Source: Heterodontus francisci (Eukaryota). Taken from it: DNA of 64,000 nucleotides. A program made the translations under genes and the position numbers. The notes under the pieces are model-generated. The model made no database searches, had not been told where the DNA came from, and saw nothing but the letters and a program-made list of their open reading frames with translations. Below are positions 48,978 to 60,744 of the stretch, piece by piece (position 1 is the first letter of the stretch; each line of letters starts with the position of its first letter). The DNA lies in contig NC_090373.1 of the NCBI RefSeq assembly GCF_036365525.1, positions 172,544,080 to 172,608,079 on the forward strand, written 5' to 3'.

Positions 48978-51003
48978 AAATGTTAATTCCTCTCTGGCCA
49001 CCGGGGAGGAGCCAGAGGACTGGAGAACAGCTAATGTGGTCCCACTATTTAAGAAAGATTGTAGAGATAAGCCAGGGGACTACAGACCAGTGAGTCTCAT
49101 GTCAGTGGTAGGGAAACTATTGGAGAAAATTCTGAAGGAGAGAATCTATCTCCACTTGGAGAGGCAAAATTTAATTAGGAATAGTCAGCATGGCTTTGTT
49201 AGAGGGGGCTCATGCCTAACAAATTTGATTGAATTTTTTGAGCATGTGACCAGGTGTGTAGATGAGGGTAGTGCAGTTGATGTAGTTTACATGGATTTCA
49301 GCAAAGCCTTTGACAAGGTCCCACATGGGAGACTTATCAAGAAAGCAAATGCACATGGGATACAGGGTAACTTGATAAGGTGGATTCAAAATTGGCTTAG
49401 CTGTAGGAGACAGAGAGTGATGACACCCTGGAGTATTGCGTGCAGTTCTGGTCACCGCATTATAGGAAGGATGTGGAAGCTTTTGAAAGGGTGCAGAGGA
49501 GATTTACTCGGATGTTGCCTGGTATGGAGGGAAGGTCTTACGAGGAAAGGCTGAGGGACTTGAGGTTGTTTTTGTTGGAGAGAAGGAGGAGGAGAGGTGA
49601 CTTAATAGAGACATATAAGATAATCAGAGGGTTAGATAGGGTGGATAGTGAGAGTCTTTTTCCTCAGATGGTGATGGCAAACACGAGGGGACATAGCTTT
49701 AAGTTGAGGGGTGATAGATAGAGGACAGATGTTAGAGGTAGTTTCTTTACTCAGAGAGTAGTAGGGGCGTGGAACGCCCTGCCTGCAACAGTAGTAGACT
49801 CGCCAACTTTAAGGGCATTTAAGTGGTCATTGGATAGACATATGGATGAAAATGGAATAGTGTAGGTCAGATGGTTTCACAGGTCGGCGCAACATCGAGG
49901 GCCGAAGGGCCTGTACTGCGCTGTAATGTTCTAATTCTAATTCTAATTCTAATGACAGATGGCTGTTTTAGTGACCGGAAGCCAGTGTCCGGTGGCGTAC
50001 CACAGGGATCTGTGCTGGGTCTCCTATTGTTTGTCATTTATATAAACGACATAGATGACTATGTGGGGGGTAGGATCAGTAAGTTCATGGATGACACAAA
50101 GATTGGTCGAGTGGTTAACAGTGAGGTTGAGTGTCTAGGGTTACAGGAAGATATAGACGGGATGGTCAAATGGACAGAAAAGTGGCAGATGGAATTTAAT
50201 GCTGAAAAGTGTGAGGTGATACACTTTGGAAGGAATAATGTGACATGGAAGTATTCAATGAATGGAGGTTCCGAGGAACAAAGGGACCTTGGCGTGTTTG
50301 TCCATAGATTCCTGAAGGCAGAAGGGCAGGTTAATAGGGTGGTGAAAAAGGCATATGGGACACTTGCCTTTATCAATCGAGGCATAGATTATAAAAGCAG
50401 GGAGGTCATGTTGGAGTTGTACAGAACTTTGGTAAGGCCACAGCTGGAGTACTGTGTACAATTCTGGTCACCACATTATGGGAAGGATGTGATTGCACTG
50501 GAGGGGGTGCAGAGGTGATTCACCAGGATGGTGCCTGGGATGGAACATTTAAGCTATGAAGAGAGGTTAGATAGGCTTGGGTTGTTTTCGCTGGAGCAGA
50601 GAAGACTGAGGGGTGACCTGATCGAGGTGTACAAGATTATGAGGGGCATGGACAGGGTGGATAGGGAGCAGCTGTTCCCTTTATTTGAAGGGTCAGTTAC
50701 TAGGGGACACAAGTTTAAGGTGAGGGGCAGGAGGTTTAAGGGGGATTTGAGGAAGAAATTTTTTACCCAGAGGGTGGTGACCGTCTGGAATGCACTACCT
50801 GGGAGGGTGGTCGAGGCAGGTTGCCTCACATCCTTTAAAAAGTACCTGGATGAGCACTTGGCACGTCATAACATTCAAGGCTGTGGGCCAAGTGCTGGCA
50901 AATGGGATTAGGTAGACAGGTCAGGTGTCTTTAATTCATCGGTGCAGACTCGATAGGCCGAAGGGCTTCTTCTGCGCTCTATTATTCTGTGATTCTGTGA
51001 TTC
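48978..51003 (+). mobile_element. CR1 LINE RT to 3' end, inserted in an old L2 remnant
   Basis: ORFs 48931-49554, 49871-50518 (GVPQGSVLG, KFMDDTK), 50528-50911; tail (ATTCTGTG)n. Confidence 0.93.
49426..49951 (+). mobile_element. Younger CR1 3' fragment nested in CR1
   Basis: (TTCTAA)n tail; 6-bp TSD ATGACA at 49420-49425 and 49952-49957. Confidence 0.9.
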
Positions 51004-51667
51004 TAGTTTTCAAATCCCTGCATGGCCTTGCCTGAGCCAACCAAAACTCCAGCTCACACCTTCCATTCCCCTCACTTTGAATTACTGCTTTTTCCCTAGG
51101 CCTCTACTTCACCCTCCAAGAGAATATTTTAGCCATTACTCAGCTGAGCTCTGGACATGTCTTCCAAAATCACTTTGCCTCACTATCTCTCTCATTGGGT
51201 TTTAACCTCCTAAAGGGATAAAGAGATTAGCTTTGGTTTTACCCCCCTCCAAAATTCTGCTAACTGGTTTCCACCCTTGGAACTCGGACCAGAGCATGAT
51301 ATATGTTGCTGTTGAGTTGAAACTTAATGATTGTGACTAGTTTAGGAGAAGCAGTTACTCACATCAGAGAAAACAACATTGTAAAGAGCAGATGTTCAGT
51401 TCAAATGGGATAACGCGTTTTACCATCTGCGGCACTGATTAATAAAATGTTAAACGCTCTCTAAACTACTGCTGTCGAGACATGTAATCGTGCACTTGTC
51501 TGGGTGGTGTTCTCATGCTAGTGATTTGTGACAGTGGAGACGGTGATGCAGCAGACAAGATACTATGTCGATGTACCGTAAATGCATACATTTTTCTCAA
51601 GTTAGTACATCCTCAATGGGCTTCAAAAGGTCTCAGAATTGAGATGAGCTACAATTTGTACTTATAT

Positions 51668-51673
<6 letters not shown>

Positions 51674-51700
<27 letters not shown>
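51674..51700. repeat. (TA)n microsatellite at an L2 tail
   Basis: Pure TA run followed by 'agtgcctttaac'. Confidence 0.9.
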
Positions 51701-51704
<4 letters not shown>

Positions 51705-52200
51705 CCTTTAACATCGAAAACAACACAAGGTGCTCTTTGAGGCAGGAGAATGAACAGTAAATAAGATTGGATAAGGGAACAGATGCTGAGCGATAGATGG
51801 TGAGATTAGAAAGAGCGACTGGAAGCTTTGTTGAAAAGGTGGGTTTTGAGGATTTTTTTAAAGAAGTGAAAGGTTGGAAAGGTGGAAGGGTATAGGGACG
51901 GAGCTCCAGCGATTAGGGACGTATTGTCTGAAGGTTCTGTCACCAAAGGTCAGGTGAAAAGAGTTGGGTACTGCCACAAGGACAGAGTTAAATTGGAGGA
52001 TGCAGGAGGGGTCATAAATCTGCAGGAGGTTGCAGAGGAGGATGGGGAAAGGCCATGGAGGAATGTGAACGCAAGCATGAGAATCTAAAATCTAATGTGT
52101 TGTGGGACCGGCATTCAGTATAGCTCAGCAAAGACAAGGATGTTGGGTGAGCAGGACTTATTGTGGGACGAGATATAGGTGAATTTGGATGAATTACAGT
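51700..52200 (-). mobile_element. L2 LINE 3' remnant
   Basis: 'aggccatggaggaatgtgaacgcaagcatgagaatctaaaat...gggtgagcaggactt' resembles 1-357. Confidence 0.6.
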
Positions 52201-52204
52201 TAAG

Positions 52205-53672
52205 TTTTTTATTCGTTCAGGGGATGTGGGCGTCGCTGGCTAGGCCATCAATTATTTCCCATCCCTAATTGCCCTTGAGAAGGTGGCGGTGAGCTGCCTT
52301 CTTGAAATGTTGCAGTCCTCGGAGTGTAGGTACACCAACAGTGCTGTGAAGGGAGTTCCAGGATTTTGACCCAGCGACAGTGAAGGAACGGCGATATAGT
52401 TCCAAGTCAGGATGGTGTGCGGCTTGGAGGGGAACTTGCAGGTGGTGGTGGTTCCATGCATCAGCCGCCCTTGACCTTCTAGGTGGTAGAGGTCATAGGT
52501 TTGGAAGGTGCTGTCTTGGTGAGTTGCTGCAGGGCATCTTGTAGATGGTACACACTGCTACAACTATGCATCGGTGGAGGAGGGAGTGAATGTTGAAGGA
52601 AGTGAATGAGGTGCCAGTCAAGTGAGCTGCTTTGTCCTGGATGGGTTTTGTTGCAGCTGCACCCATCCAGGCAAATGGAGAGTATCCCATCACACTCCTG
52701 ACTTGTGCCTTGTAGATGGTGGACAAGCATTGGGGAGACAAGAGGTGAATTACTTGCTGCAGAATCCCCAGAATCTGCTCTTGTCGCCACAGCATTTATG
52801 TGGCTGGTCCAGTTCAGTTTCTGGTCAATGGTGACCCCCAGGATGTTGATAGTGGGGGATTCAGCGATGGTAATGCCATTGAAAGTCAAGGGGAGATGTT
52901 TAGATTCTCTCTTGTTTGAGATGGTAATTACCTGGCATTTGTGTGGCACGAATATTACTTCCCACTTATCAGCCCAAGCTTGGATGTTGTCTATGTCGTG
53001 TTGCTTATGGACATGGGCTGCTTCAGTATTTGAGGAGTTGTGAATGGTGCTGAACATTGTGCAATCATCAGCGAACATCCCCACATATAACCTTATGATG
53101 GAGGGAAGGTCATTGATGAAGCAGCTGAAGATGGTTGGGCGTAGGACACTACCCTGAGGAACTCCTGCAGTCAAGTCCTGGGACTGAGATGATTGACCTC
53201 CAACAACCGCAACCATCTTCCTTTGTGCTAAGTATGACTCCAACTAGCAGAGAGTTTTTCCCCTGATTCCCATTGACTCCAGTTTTGCTAGGGCTCCTTG
53301 ATACCATATTCAGTCAAGTGCTGCCTTGATGTCAAGGGCAGTCACTCTCACTTCCCCTCTGGAATTCAGCTCCTTTGTCCATGTTTGGACCAAGGCTGTA
53401 ATGAAGTCAGGAGCTGAGTGACCCTAGCGGTACCCAAACTGAGTGACAATGAGCAGATTATTGCTGAGCAAGTGCCACTTTATAGCACTGTCTATGACCC
53501 CTTCCATCACTTTGCTGATGTTCGGGAGTAGACTGATCGGATGGTAATTGGCCGGGTTGGATTTGTCTTGCTTTTTGTGCACAGGACATACCTGGGCAAC
53601 TTTCCACATACCAGATAGCTGCCCGTGTTGTATCTGTACTAGAACAGCTTTGCTAGGGGTTCGGCTAGTTCT
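52205..53672 (-). mobile_element. CR1-Zenon-like LINE RT to 3' end
   Basis: ORFs 53424-53714 and 52479-53243 (GVPQGSVLRP..FINDLP, MFADDCT), IYKAQVRSVM. Confidence 0.9.
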
Positions 53673-54972
53673 GGAAGTAGAATATGCAACACAGAAACAG
53701 GTCATTCGCCTCATCTAGTCCGCACCAATGTTTATGCTGTACATGAACCTCCTCCCACCTCTCTTTATCTCACCCTTTCAGCAAAACGGTCTGTTCTTTT
53801 TTTCCCTCATGCGTTTATCTAGCTTCCCCTTAAATATCTCTATGTTATTTGTCTCAACTACTCATTGTGGTAGCGAGTCCCACTGCCTGGGTAAAGATGT
53901 GTTGGAGTTTATGAAGGGTCAATAATGGGAAATTAACACATGGAGTGCAGTGGTTCAAGGAGGCAGCTCACCACCACCTTCTCAGGAGCAATTAGGAATG
54001 GACAATAAATGCTGGCTTAGCCATTGATGCCACATCCTATGAATGAATAAAAATGTCAGCATGGAAACGCTTGACAAATTGAGAATAGAAACGGCAAAAG
54101 TATGATTAAGAGTTTGAGTGATGGAGAAGCTGAGTTAGGAGTGGTAGAGAGGCCAACTCCTCTGAGTCAGCCAAACCCAGCACATTTCCTAGGTCAGGGT
54201 CATTGGAGATTCTTGCTGCCTAAAGGGTGAAGACACACTAGGGGCTGGATTTTTGATGCAATCTGGTGGCAAGTATGGGTATGGGCGTGGATTGAATATC
54301 GTGTTCTCGGAAGGCGTCTCAGGATCCTTATGCTGCCAGAACGCAAAGTGATTTTGAAAGGGATACCGGGGTGGGGGGCAGAAATGGGAAACTCACACAC
54401 CGCCAATTAATTGGTTGTTGAGCTTGTTGAGGAGCTCTTTAAAAGGCTTGTCAGGAGCGGTGTGTGATTTTCAATAGGAGGGCACGGGGAAAATGCGATG
54501 TCTGGGACAGGGCAGGTGCAGATGTCGTGAACACTGCGAGGGGCAATGGGGGCTGTTGGAAGGGCTGTTTAACACATTGCAGAATAAAGTTCAGCTGTTC
54601 AAACAGTGACACAGACGAGCCATTGCTGGAGCTGAAAGATTTGCATTCGTGAGTAGTAAGTGGTAGGAATCTGGATAGGGATGTCAGGCCACTGGCATCA
54701 CTTGGGCAGATGGGGTTGGCACGGGATGCCCTGGTGAACGAACAAGTGCCAGCTGAGGGAGTTCAAATGGGAACAGGTTACTCTTGTTAGATTCTCTCTT
54801 GTTTGAGGTGGTAATTACCTGGCATTTGTGTGGCGCGAATGTTACTTGCCACTTATCAGCCCAAACCTGGATGTTGTCCATGTCTTGCTGCTTATGGACA
54901 TGGGCTGCTTCAGTATTTGACGAATTGTGAATGGTGCTGAACACTGTGCAATCATCAGCGAACATCCCCACT

Positions 54973-56090
54973 GCAGGTTACTCTGACCTTGGACAGAGCA
55001 GCCAAGATGAGTTTCAGCAGATGCAAACCTCCTGGACAACAGGAGGTCAGAGGAGCACAGCCGGGGGCTGCAAGAGGAAGAAGGTACTAGCCAAGTGTCT
55101 ACCATCCAAGTGTCAGCTACCTGCAAATGACAGAGCGCCAGTGCTGCAGGAAGCTGTGCCTATCCAGACAAATGTTCTCAGACACAATGACCTGAGGCCT
55201 CGTGGATCCCATGACAGTCCCTTACCTGCAGCCGTCAAGACCACCAGGGTGTTGAATTTTTATGCATTTCAGGGATTAGCTGTGGACCTGGGTGGCATCT
55301 GGCAGTCTGCAACTCATTACACCATCAGGTAGGTATATCAATGGTCCTGTGCAGGCACTGAGGGCATTGGGTTTTGCTGCCATTGCTGGATTTCCTCAGG
55401 TCCAGGGGTTCATCAGTTGCATCCACATAGCCATCAAAGCACCGACACACCAGCCAGTCAGATTCCTGAACAGAAAGGGCGGCCACTCATCGAATGACCA
55501 GCTGGTCTGTGACCACAGGAAGTGAAATTGCAGGTCTGCACTTGGTTTCCAGGCGGCCGTCATGTCTCCTTTATCCTGTGAGAGTCCCAGGTGCCGCACC
55601 TCTTCAGGCCCTCATCCAGACTCCATTGGTGGCTGCTGGGGGTTAAGGGTTATCCCCTAAAGAGATGGTTCCTGACACCCATCCGGGACCCAGACATGGA
55701 TGTAGACAGGGGCTACAACCAGGGCCACCTACTAACACAAACCTGCATTGAATAGACCATTGGCATCTTGAAGATGTTTCTGTTGCCTTGATCGGTTGGG
55801 TGGTGCCCTCCAGTATGAGTCCGCCAGAGTGTCTTGTATCGTGGTCATCTGCAGCACCCTGCACAACACGACAATACAAAGAGAACTGGAGATAGATGAA
55901 ACAGTGGACCTGGATCACCATCTACCTCAGAGGAGGACTGGGAGGAGGAGGAGGAGGGAGGGATCTCTGTGGAGGTGGCACCCAGATATTGGAGGATTCC
56001 CGCCAATGCCATCCCAGACACCCAGGTGAACGGCAGGCTGGGAACAAGGGCCACACTGATTCAGCAGTGATTCACCTGATCGCCTCCAAA
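54973..56090 (+). pseudogene. Harbinger DDE transposase (HARBI1-like), disrupted
   Basis: AVKTT.VLNFYA..FQG...DL.GI.QSA.H, FAAIAGFPQVQGFISCIHIAIKAP...FLNRKG.HS, FPGGRHVSFIL*, WLLGVKGYPL; acidic residues of the IDC, HDS and GDKGY motifs are lost. Confidence 0.85.
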
Positions 56091-56429
56091 CCCTTATGAC
56101 AGATGATCCCAAAACTCACCTTCCAGCATAGAGAGCAGTCATGCTGCAATGACCCACATCTGTGAAGTCCCATTGCCAACCATGACCATGGAGAATGGGA
56201 CTTCCATTGCCAACATTCTCCGATGTCACTGAGCTTGGAAATACAGCAAACCCAGGCCACCCCACACCACACCCCACCAACCCCCGCCAACTCACCCAAC
56301 AAAACTCCATTCCCCTTTTGACCTGAAACATTAATAACACACACATCATTTTCAGCACATAAACAAGTGGCATGGCAATGAAAACAAAAGAGCAGACAAA
56401 TGTGGACAACAGCACCCGGGTGACCCATT

Positions 56430-58361
56430 AAGTTAAATCAGCGGTCTGGTGTCTTTCTTTCCCTACCACCTCCACACGGTGTTCCCCCTGTGGCAGAGGA
56501 TGAGATGGAGGCAGCCTGCTCCCTAGCTTCTGCCTCCGGCTGAGACGCCCGTTGCCTCTGTCCTCGTCTTGGAGGTGTCCGTGGGGGATCCTCTACAGGC
56601 TGCCATTACAGGCAACCTCTATCACAGAGCCTTGGCACACAGATGGTTCCTGAGTTGGAGGGGTTGAGGGATGACCCCTTCGTCTGCCACTTCGACTGCC
56701 TCAGCCCTTTCCTGGCACCCTTATATGCATGTGAGGCCATCGATTGGGACGCAGCTGGCATCCACTCCAAGCATCTCAACACTATGATTGACACTGAGCG
56801 GTCTATGCTGCAAAGAGACTCACTATTTCTGTACATTTCAGTGCGCTGCTCCTGCACCCACTCAGAGCAGTGCTGCATATGGCTCTCCAAGAGGTTGCCC
56901 AATCTCTCAACGGAGGAACAGAATTATTCAGGTCAGTGACCCTTCATCAGAACTCCGTCACTGACCTGAAACGTTAACTCTGCATGTCTCTCCACAGATG
57001 CTGCCAGACCTGCTGAGTATTTCCAGCATTTCTTGTTTGTGTTTCAGATTTCCAGCATCTGCAGTATTTTGCTTTTATCTCAATGGAGGAGCTTATGCGC
57101 TCAAGACCCTGAGTCATGATGAAGCATGTACATTGGATGGACTCTTCCATTACATGCCCATGGCTCTTCAAGGCCTCAGGGAACACTGACAAATAAGAAC
57201 TTGTCTGTCTCGAGTTCTTGAGGAAGATCCTCCTTGTTTGTGACACCCGAGGCCTAGCATCTTCACCCAGTGGAGCATCTCTGTGTCTGTTCTCTGTGTA
57301 ATGAGGGGGACTAGTCAAAGCTGACTCTGTCTCATGCTCCTCCTGCTCACGCATGTTGTGAGTTTCAACCAGTGCTCCCTGTTCTAAGCTAGTTTGTAGC
57401 CTGACCGATGTGAGTGTGTCTGCGCTGGTGAAAGGTGTTGAGAAATGATGTGAAGATGCAGGCTCTGGTAGCTCTCCCCCTGCCGAGGAGGGCAGCGATA
57501 TTTGTGCCCTCAGCTACTGGCCCTGTGGGAGACACAAGAAGATCGTTGCGAGAACTTGGCCTAATCATCATGTGCCCCCAACAAAATCAACCCTATAGAA
57601 GACATTAGACAAAGAGTTAAAGTGCCCATTGGGCAGGAGTCTCCTCCATGCCCTTCACCCCAAGATAGAGCTATCAACTGACCCTGTTGATCTTAGCCTC
57701 CCAGCTCCCCATTGCCCATTGACTGGTGTGTCATCTCTTCCATTGGCATTAGACTGTGCAGCTCGGCATACCACCACCACCCATTCTGGGCATTTTTTGG
57801 GCATTATGGGCTCTCTTTTCATCCAGGATGAGGAGAGAAATATTTATGAGTAGGATTCCCACCTTCACCCATACCAGCATAACATTCACTTGGTGCGCTC
57901 CTCAGTGATGGCCCCTTCTGAATATTGTCCCAAATGTGAAGTTGGCTACCATCTCAGTGATACAACCGCCGCTTGATCTGACAATGTTAGGGAGACCGAT
58001 GGCCATTCTGTCGGTCCAGCTCACCTGCATTCCACTGCATACAGAGCTGATCACCTATCACCCGGGTTCCACTTGCCACTCACCTTTCCAGGCCTTGTGA
58101 GGTTGTTGAATCTCTTCGAACATTGGACCATGTCCATCAGGTCACTCCTCTGACTTTGACCTCACCTGCCACCTCCATCCATGCATTTTTGATTCCTTCG
58201 GTGGGTTCCTTCTCCCAGATGATGCTTCTCCTCCCACTGACAACCTCTGTTAATGCCTCGAGGGAGGTGTCTGAGAATGGTGGGGCCACCCGTGAACGTC
58301 TGCCCATTCCATTGCTTTTCGTGGAGCCCCTCTGCTGCTCCATTTCTTCAGCAAGCGGCAA
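56430..58361 (-). pseudogene. Harbinger Myb/SANT-like DNA-binding partner gene, multi-exon, disrupted
   Basis: RVAPPFSDTSLEAL...W.EVAGEV...QCSKRFNNLTRPGK followed by donor AAG|GTGAGT at 58084/58083; EKRAHNA....GGG near 57830-57770; helical C-terminal pieces at 56606-57354; the lower boundary is approximate. Confidence 0.7.
56918..57077 (+). mobile_element. 160-bp Penelope-terminus mini-insertion with inverted hammerhead half
   Basis: TSD TCTCAA(C/T)GGAGGA at 56905-56917 and 57078-57090; perfect 14-bp inverted repeat TTCAGGTCAGTGAC...GTCACTGACCTGAA. Confidence 0.85.
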
Positions 58362-59529
58362 GCCATGGCTGACTTTTCAAAGGGCCCTCTTTTACCAAAT
58401 CCTGCTGGTCCTGCTGCCACTAATTGGGTGCCACTCTCGCTACCTGGCCAGTTATTCCTTTAGCATTTGAAAATAGCGAGGGAGGGTGGTCAGGACCTGG
58501 AAATGATCCAGGGGTCCGTTTCCCGACCCCAGGATGAAAATACAGACCTAGATCTCACTAGCCACATTTTCCACTATGATCCCACCTGTAGCACACAAGT
58601 TATAGCGGTTTATACAGTATTGACTAAGTGACTTGTTAACCTTGAGTGACAGTGAAGAAATATAGCAGATGTGTCATTGCTTGGCTAACATTTTTTTCAG
58701 GAAATTCCCATTAGTATCAATTAATTTTGGTCAAATATTTCCAATATACTCCTGTTGTAAGAATTCTATTCACACAACTTGTAACTGCACCTATTTCTAG
58801 ACTTGTTACAATGGCTATCTTAATGGCTCTGATTACTATTTATTTCAATCAATTGTACACTATGAGAAACTTTTCATTCAGTTCAGTTAAAGAAAACAGT
58901 CAAGTCTTTGGAATTGAAGTTCTTGTTAAAATTTATGCAGTCAGCCTCAGGTGATACTTAAACTTTTACATATAGGTAGTTCTAGAGTTACCAACAGACC
59001 TCGGTGCAGAAACCCAGGAGTCTAAATCCCACTATGGTTTAGATTGAGAATGCCTGAATTTAAAAATGGGAAATGGCACTATATCACCCTGTTTGCTGAA
59101 ACTGAGAAAGCAGTGCATGTTTAGCCACAATAACTAGTCACGCTCGAGGGATACAAGTTTTGAATGAAAAATAGAGCCTGCATATGTTATCAGAACGTTG
59201 TATTTGTAACTGAACTTGAACTTGTTGTTTCATAGTACATCAATCTTATTCTGAAACATTGGGTACCAGCAGCCCCATGCTATGAACCATGGGAATTAAA
59301 ACAAAGAGGGATAAATAGCTGGAACATTCAGAATTGTAACATTTAAACTTGCGGTGCAAGTTTTTATGCCCATATGTGTTCCATGCTAAATTAATTTTAT
59401 AGTCTCTTCGTTTATCTCTAAGCCATCCTTGATTTTTCCTTGTATTTTATAACAGTCTAGTGGGTTGGGAATCGCATTTAGTGTTATATCTAGGAAGCAG
59501 TAATATCCAAACAGGAAAGGAATGTTAAT

Positions 59530-59893
59530 TTATTTAAATTTAGAGATGCAGCACTGAAACAGGCCCTTCAGCCCACCAAGTCTGTGCCGACCATCAACCA
59601 CCCATTTGTACTAATCTTACACTAATCCCATATTCCTACCACATCCCCACCTGTCCCTATATTCCCCTACCACCTACCTATACTAGGGGCAATTTATAAT
59701 GGCCAATTTGCCTATCAACCTGCAAGTCTTTGGCTGTGGGAGGAAACCGGAGCACCCGGAGGAAACCCATGCAGACACAGGGAGAACTTGCAAACTCCGC
59801 ACTGGCTGTACCCAGAATTGAACCTGGGTCGCTGGAGCTGTGAGGCTGCGGCGCTAACCACTGCGCCACTGTGCCGCCCCCACTGCGCCACTG
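59530..59893 (-). mobile_element. HE1-type V-SINE
   Basis: Reverse complement of 2392-2735; short 5' duplication CACTGCGCCACTG at 59881-59893. Confidence 0.92.
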
Positions 59894-60170
59894 ACAGAAA
59901 GTGCTGGAAATACTCAGCAGGTCAGGCAGCATCTGCGGAGAGAGAACCAGATTTAACTTTTCAGGTCTGTGACCTTGCGTCAGAACTGGCAAAGGTTAGA
60001 AAAGAATTAAGTTTTAAGCAAGTGAAGGGGGTAGGGGGGTTGGGGGGATGGTGGGGAAGAGAACAAAAGGGGAGGTGTGTGATAGGGCAGAGGGCAGGAG
60101 AGATTAAACAACAAAGCTGTCCTGGGACAAAGGCAAAGAGTGTGTTAATGCTTGGGTGAAAGACAAAGCA
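59894..60170 (-). mobile_element. Penelope 3' terminal fragment with mutated hammerhead core
   Basis: Homologous to 37038-37310; minus reads CUGACGC-AAGGUCACAGACCU-GAAAAGUU. Confidence 0.8.
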
Positions 60171-60176
60171 TGCCAA

Positions 60177-60385
60177 GGAGTCACATGTAGGCCAGACCAG
60201 GTAAAGACAGTAGATTTCCTTCGCTAAAGGACATTAGTGAACCAAGCTAGCTTTTAATTCCAGATTTACTAATTGAATTCAAATTTCACCGCCTGCTATG
60301 GTGGGATGTGAACCCATGTCCCCACAGCATTAACCTCGGCCCCTGGATTGCTAGCTCAGTGATATCACCACTATGCCACCACCTC
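60177..60385 (-). mobile_element. tRNA-derived head identical in type to the 5' end of the Zenon-like LINE
   Basis: Minus: A box TGGCATAGTGG, B-box-like GGTTCACATCC, then 'aatttgaattcaattagtaaatctggaattaaaa...gttcactaatgtcctttag...ctggtctggcctacatgtgactcc'. Confidence 0.75.
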
Positions 60386-60744
60386 TCCCTGTAAGTTTAA
60401 ATTTAATAGTGAAGGATATTAGTGCTTTTAACTTCCTGGTTTGTTCTGTGTGAATACTGTAATATGATTGGTTGCTTATTGCTTGCTGGCACCATTTCTG
60501 CTGTATGGGCCATGAAATCCTCCTGATTGATACCAGGGTTAAACTGTCATCCGGAAAGGGGAAATGACTTTCGTTGAGGTTACTGGCAAGGTCTGTTGCT
60601 TCATCGCTGTCCACAAAATCAGCCCATAGAATGATACAGCACTCGGCCCATAATGCCTGTGCCTCGTTAAAGGGCTATCTACTTAGTTCCACTTCCCTGC
60701 TCTTTCCACATCGCACTGCAATTATTTCCTTTTCAGGTATATAT

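Larger units (their letters stand above)
54242..58548. mobile_element. PIF/Harbinger DNA transposon, complete ends, decayed
   Basis: TIRs GGGCTGGATTTT / AAAATACAGACC (10 of 12 match); 3-bp TSD TAG at 54239-54241 and 58549-58551; two convergent genes; contains a LINE fragment (about 54790-54972) and a Penelope mini-insert. Confidence 0.9.

Noticed and set aside
54973-56090. Host HARBI1 gene
   Set aside because: Frameshifts, stops, lost catalytic acidic residues, and enclosure by TIRs and TSD show a dead transposon
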